Shown here one piece after another: positions 60,339-64,000 of a DNA stretch of 64,000 bases (its first letter is position 1; each line of letters begins with the position of its first letter). Under the pieces are notes generated by a model. It was not told the origin of the DNA. It saw nothing but the letters and a program-made list of their open reading frames with translations, and searched no databases. Position numbers and translations under genes: made by a program. Source of the stretch: Thermodesulfobacteriota bacterium (GTDB lineage Bacteria > Desulfobacterota_D > UBA1144 > Nemesobacterales > JAJCZQ01); contig OZ244044.1 of assembly GCA_965215275.1 (NCBI GenBank), forward strand, positions 1,184,001-1,248,000. The letters run 5' to 3'.

Positions 60339-60677
60339 CTAATCCATGAGCTTTGGGTTTGCCTTGTGTCTGTCCCTGTCCCTGATGTATTTTTTTCTCA
60401 TGTTCTCTTTAAGCGACTCCGTCAGGTCTATTCCGGTTTGATTTGCAATACACACAAGCACAAAAAAAACATCTGAAAGTTCATCAGCCAGGTTGTATTT
60501 TTTGTCGGACTCCTTAAAGCTCTGATCACCGTACACTCTGGACATTATCCTGGCCACCTCACCTACTTCCTCAACAAGTTCAGCCAGATTTGACAGTTCT
60601 GAATAATATCTTACCCCAACTTCCTTGATCCAGCTGTCTACCATTTCCTGGTATTCTGAAACTGTTAGATTTGACAT
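60339..60677 (-). CDS. MazG-like single-domain nucleotide pyrophosphohydrolase
   Basis: LVEEVGEVAR, DELSDV, RD..RH. Start trimmed to MSNLTV at 60677. Confidence 0.9.
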   Translation of the reverse strand: MSNLTVSEYQEMVDSWIKEVGVRYYSELSNLAELVEEVGEVARIMSRVYGDQSFKESDKKYNLADELSDVFFVLVCIANQTGIDLTESLKENMRKKYIRDRDRHKANPKLMD

Positions 60678-60681
60678 AATG

Positions 60682-61503
60682 TTAACTCCGTTCCCAATTA
60701 AGACTTCTGAAAAGGGTATTTTTGATCTCAGCGTAACCATCCGGTTTGGACGACATAACTTTTTCACCTATTTTACTGACAAGCGACGCTCCCCGCAATG
60801 AATTGGTCAGAAAGGCAAAATCCGAGTTCAGCAGAGAAGAAAGTACAAACCTGCCGTAATGTGTTTTATAACCAAGGCGCCTGGCGATATTCAAAGTGAC
60901 CTCTCTGGTTATTCCCGGAAGGATTCCCGACTCGACGGACGGGGTGAAAAAGTTCATTCCTTTTACCCAGAACAAGTTGCTTGAAGTTGCCTCGGTAAGA
61001 TCACCGTCCGTATTGAGAAAAATTGCATCATCAAACCCTTTTTCCATTGCCTCGCGCCTGCTTATTACGTTTTCCAGATAATTGAACGTTTTATGCTTTA
61101 ACAGTACTGATCGCTGATTCCTCCTTTGAGAGGCAATACATACCGATACATTTTCACTGGCCTCAATATAAGGTTTTGTCATAACCAGTAACGAGGACCC
61201 GCTGGGGTCTTTAAAAAAAACGCAGTCTCCTTTTGAGATCAGTGCTGTTTTCACGTATAGGTCCTTCAGCAGCCCCCCACTTCTCACTACGGCTTCTTCG
61301 GTCTTCTCAATTATGTACTCTTCGGATGGAAAAGGGATCTTAAAAAACCTGGAACCGTCCCTTAATCTGCGTATGTGCTCTGAAATATATTCCGGCTTCT
61401 TCTTGTTCCACCTGAACGTTTCAAACAGACCTTCACCATAAAACAGTGATCTGGTCGGTCTGTCATTCGCTTTTTTGCCGTTAATGAAGGTCCTTTCGTC
61501 CAT
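60682..61503 (-). CDS. pabC: Aminotransferase class IV, probable 4-amino-4-deoxychorismate lyase
   Basis: YGEGLFET, H..RL, KTFNY, EATSSNLF, LPGITR; adjacent to pabB. Confidence 0.8.
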   Translation of the reverse strand: MDERTFINGKKANDRPTRSLFYGEGLFETFRWNKKKPEYISEHIRRLRDGSRFFKIPFPSEEYIIEKTEEAVVRSGGLLKDLYVKTALISKGDCVFFKDPSGSSLLVMTKPYIEASENVSVCIASQRRNQRSVLLKHKTFNYLENVISRREAMEKGFDDAIFLNTDGDLTEATSSNLFWVKGMNFFTPSVESGILPGITREVTLNIARRLGYKTHYGRFVLSSLLNSDFAFLTNSLRGASLVSKIGEKVMSSKPDGYAEIKNTLFRSLNWERS

Positions 61504-61573
61504 CCCACGTCAACTCCCGCAACCGAACAAGATTTTAGTTAAGAGGAAATTTTCTCAATAAAACACTTAAATA

Positions 61574-62827
61574 CTATATAAGCGCACTTCTGATCGCCTG
61601 TGCCTTCAGTAAAGTTTCCTCATATTCGCTTTCCGGGTCGGAATCCCATACTATACCACTTCCTACCCAGTAGCACGTACCATCCGCAGTCAACAGCATA
61701 ATTCTTATAGCAACGCTGAGAGTAAAGTCCATATCAGGGTAAAAAACCCCAAAGGTCCCGCAATAAGGACCTCTGTTATGAGGCTCGATCTCGCAAATTA
61801 TCTCGATCGCCCTGCTCTTGGGCGCCCCGGTCACGGAACCTGGCGGAAACGTACTGGTAATGATCTCCGTAAGTCCTGTGCCTCTTCGCAAAACACCTTC
61901 AACTTCAGACTCCATCTGAAACAGCGTCTTATATGTATTCACCATGAAAAGCTCATTTACCTTTACAGAACCAGTTTCGCATATCCTGCCAAGATCGTTT
62001 CTCATAAGATCAACTATCATAAGATTTTCAGCTTTTTCCTTTTTACTGTTCTTAAGCTGCTCTTTTATCTTCTCATCGGAAATCCTGTCGCTTCCACGTC
62101 TGGCCGTACCTTTAACGGGCTTTGTAATAACTTTGTTCCCGTTTTTTCTGATGAACAGTTCCATTGAACCGCTTATTATCGTATGGTCATTAAACTTTAT
62201 TAACCCGGAAAACGGAACGGGCTGCGATTCATAAAATCTCACGAGAGCCTGACAGGCATTGCCAATAGGGGAAGTGTTATATTTTTGCGATAGATTTACC
62301 TGATATATATCCCCAGAACTTATATACGTTCTTGCTTTTTCTATGCTCTTTATGTAATCGCTCTTCCTGAAATCAGAAACGTGCTCTGATACTCCCTTAA
62401 GGTAATTTCCATTTTTACGTTCAAGGACAGCCATCTCATCATAAAGGTCTTCATAGGGACAGTCCTCCACTTCCTGCTCTTTATAAAAATGGAAGCACGT
62501 ATCATAGAAATTACAACCTTCCTTTTCCCAGTTTGACAGAGGGTTTTGTCTATTTCTCAGTTTATATCCCTGAGATGTAAATCTGGAATACTGGTAAGAT
62601 ATGTAACCTACTGAAATAAAACCCTTTTTAAGAAATTTTTCCAGTTCCTCTATGGGATTACCTTTATATTTTCTCTGCGATCTCGGGGAATAGCAGTAAA
62701 TGATCCCGTCCCTGGACTTTAGAGAAAAAGAAGGAGTTTTAAAAACCTTGGCACGTGGCGACCCGGAATTTACCCAGCCACAATCAGAATCTAACAAAAT
62801 CGCAGTTGAGGCACTCAGCTCACACAT
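61574..62827 (-). CDS. pabB: Aminodeoxychorismate synthase component I
   Basis: GDIYQVNL, PVKGT, AENLMIVDLMRNDLG, FPPGSVTGAPK, RGPYCG; folate gene context. Confidence 0.85.
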   Translation of the reverse strand: MCELSASTAILLDSDCGWVNSGSPRAKVFKTPSFSLKSRDGIIYCYSPRSQRKYKGNPIEELEKFLKKGFISVGYISYQYSRFTSQGYKLRNRQNPLSNWEKEGCNFYDTCFHFYKEQEVEDCPYEDLYDEMAVLERKNGNYLKGVSEHVSDFRKSDYIKSIEKARTYISSGDIYQVNLSQKYNTSPIGNACQALVRFYESQPVPFSGLIKFNDHTIISGSMELFIRKNGNKVITKPVKGTARRGSDRISDEKIKEQLKNSKKEKAENLMIVDLMRNDLGRICETGSVKVNELFMVNTYKTLFQMESEVEGVLRRGTGLTEIITSTFPPGSVTGAPKSRAIEIICEIEPHNRGPYCGTFGVFYPDMDFTLSVAIRIMLLTADGTCYWVGSGIVWDSDPESEYEETLLKAQAIRSALI

Positions 62828-62843
62828 TTAAAAGACCTGCAGA

Positions 62844-64000
62844 TCAAGTCTCCTTGTACTCAGGTCCACCTCCTCCCTCGGGAGGTAAAAGCCTACCGCC
62901 TTTTGACGTAATTGCCCCACACTGGACACAGTTCGAAGGGTCGGTCCTGATAACCTTTTTGCCTTCGTGTTCATCCCACTCGTATACCTGAGCCGGACAC
63001 ATGTTTATCCAAGTTTCACCAATGACCTCCGGAACCTCTTTAACTATACGGATATGGTCAGGCTGATTGTCACGGGTCCTGTTTCCACTTTCGTAAACGC
63101 TGGTCAATTTATCAAAAGTGAGCTTTCCGTCAGGTTTGAGATATGAGGTATCGTTACTGATGAACATCTCTTTTTCATAATCGTGATGAGAACCAAGCCT
63201 GCCGCCGGGAAAAAGTCCTTTGGTCAGGGTCATCAACCCTGCCAGAACAAAACCCTTCAGAAAACCTCCCTGGAACGCCTGTCTCATGTTCCTGACGCTG
63301 TATAGGTCCTTCCAGATAAAACTGCTCCTCAAAGTTTCATCGTAACTATCAAGAGAACCGGCTTCCAACAGTGGTTTATTCCCTTTAAGGGAATTAAATA
63401 TGCTCTCGGCAGCCATGATACCGGACATCATGGCATAATGAATGCCCTTGAGCGCAGGAACGTTCACAAGTCCTGCTGAATCACCTATTATAACAGCTCC
63501 CGGTACGCTCAATTTTTCTGGTACTGCGTAATAACCACCTTCCGGGATCGTCTTTGCTCCCCATCCATTATCCGCTCTTTTTCCGCCTTTAAGTATATTC
63601 CTGACCAAAGGATGCGTTTTAAGGCGCTGAAGCAGATCGTGAACCGAGAGTTTTGCATCCGCGTAATCCAAACCAACCACAAGACCTAATGAAACTTTAT
63701 CGTCGCCCATGGGATAAATGAAACTGCCACCGAACTCTCCGTATTTATTTGATCCGCGAAGGGGCCAACCCATTGTATGAATAACTTTATCAAGTGGTTT
63801 TTCTACCTCCCATATCTCTTTAACGCCTAGTGCATATATTTGTGGATTTGCCCTTTTTAAATCGTAATGGTCTATCAATGCCATGGATAAATGCCCGGTG
63901 GTTCCTTCCCCTAAAACCGTTGCTTTCGCCAGAATATCAGTACCGGGCTGATAGTTGCCCATCTTCCCGTTATCCTTGTCCAGTCCCTTATCATCGGTTT
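62844..64000 (-). CDS. Electron transfer flavoprotein:quinone oxidoreductase (ETF-QO/FixCX-like), 3' part; 5' end outside the window
   Basis: YALGVKEIW, HTMGWPL, GGSFIY, KTIPEGGY, KGIHYAM.SG, PDGKLTFD, CPAQVYE, PEGGGGPEY. The frame stays open to the window edge. Confidence 0.92.
   Translation of the reverse strand, partial: TDDKGLDKDNGKMGNYQPGTDILAKATVLGEGTTGHLSMALIDHYDLKRANPQIYALGVKEIWEVEKPLDKVIHTMGWPLRGSNKYGEFGGSFIYPMGDDKVSLGLVVGLDYADAKLSVHDLLQRLKTHPLVRNILKGGKRADNGWGAKTIPEGGYYAVPEKLSVPGAVIIGDSAGLVNVPALKGIHYAMMSGIMAAESIFNSLKGNKPLLEAGSLDSYDETLRSSFIWKDLYSVRNMRQAFQGGFLKGFVLAGLMTLTKGLFPGGRLGSHHDYEKEMFISNDTSYLKPDGKLTFDKLTSVYESGNRTRDNQPDHIRIVKEVPEVIGETWINMCPAQVYEWDEHEGKKVIRTDPSNCVQCGAITSKGGRLLPPEGGGGPEYKET

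Noticed and set aside
314..62991. Many 60-230 aa ORFs on the opposite strand or in alternative frames of known genes (e.g. 11005-11700, 33145-33714, 42499-43059, 47360-47875, 53892-54452)
   Set aside because: These are shadow ORFs inside well-supported genes, with no motifs of their own.

Overview
A bacterial chromosomal window made mostly of housekeeping genes. These cover DNA repair and recombination (mutS, ruvABC), rho, an Rrf2-sufBCD-Rieske cluster, thiL, hisBH, aroA-cmk-rpsA-sppA, tgt-yajC-secDF, split pheS/pheT, tilS, mnmE, folE2 and pabBC. Partial pccB and ETF:quinone oxidoreductase genes lie at the edges. The gene set looks deltaproteobacteria-like, possibly Dadabacteria (inference, not verified). 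Two perfect parS sites flank mnmE, and DnaA boxes plus an AT-rich tract at about 59.0-59.25 kb suggest oriC, although dnaA is not in the window. There are two accessory spots. (1) An AT-rich islet at the 3' end of a tRNA-Met gene carries a secreted TPR-array gene and two orphan ORFs. (2) A 4.2 kb surface-protein locus at 28.1-32.3 kb is the best candidate for an undescribed system. It encodes a kexin/furin-like S8+P domain with all three catalytic residues replaced, on a stalk of 8 Ig-like repeats, ending in a GGGGGGC-TM-RRKRR sorting signal. Its N-terminus and signal peptide are split by two tandem C9 tracts that would both have to slip (+1 and -1) to give one reading frame from the promoter-proximal ATG. 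Many operon-leading genes also appear to be leaderless. No CRISPR array, transposase, integrase or reverse transcriptase was seen.
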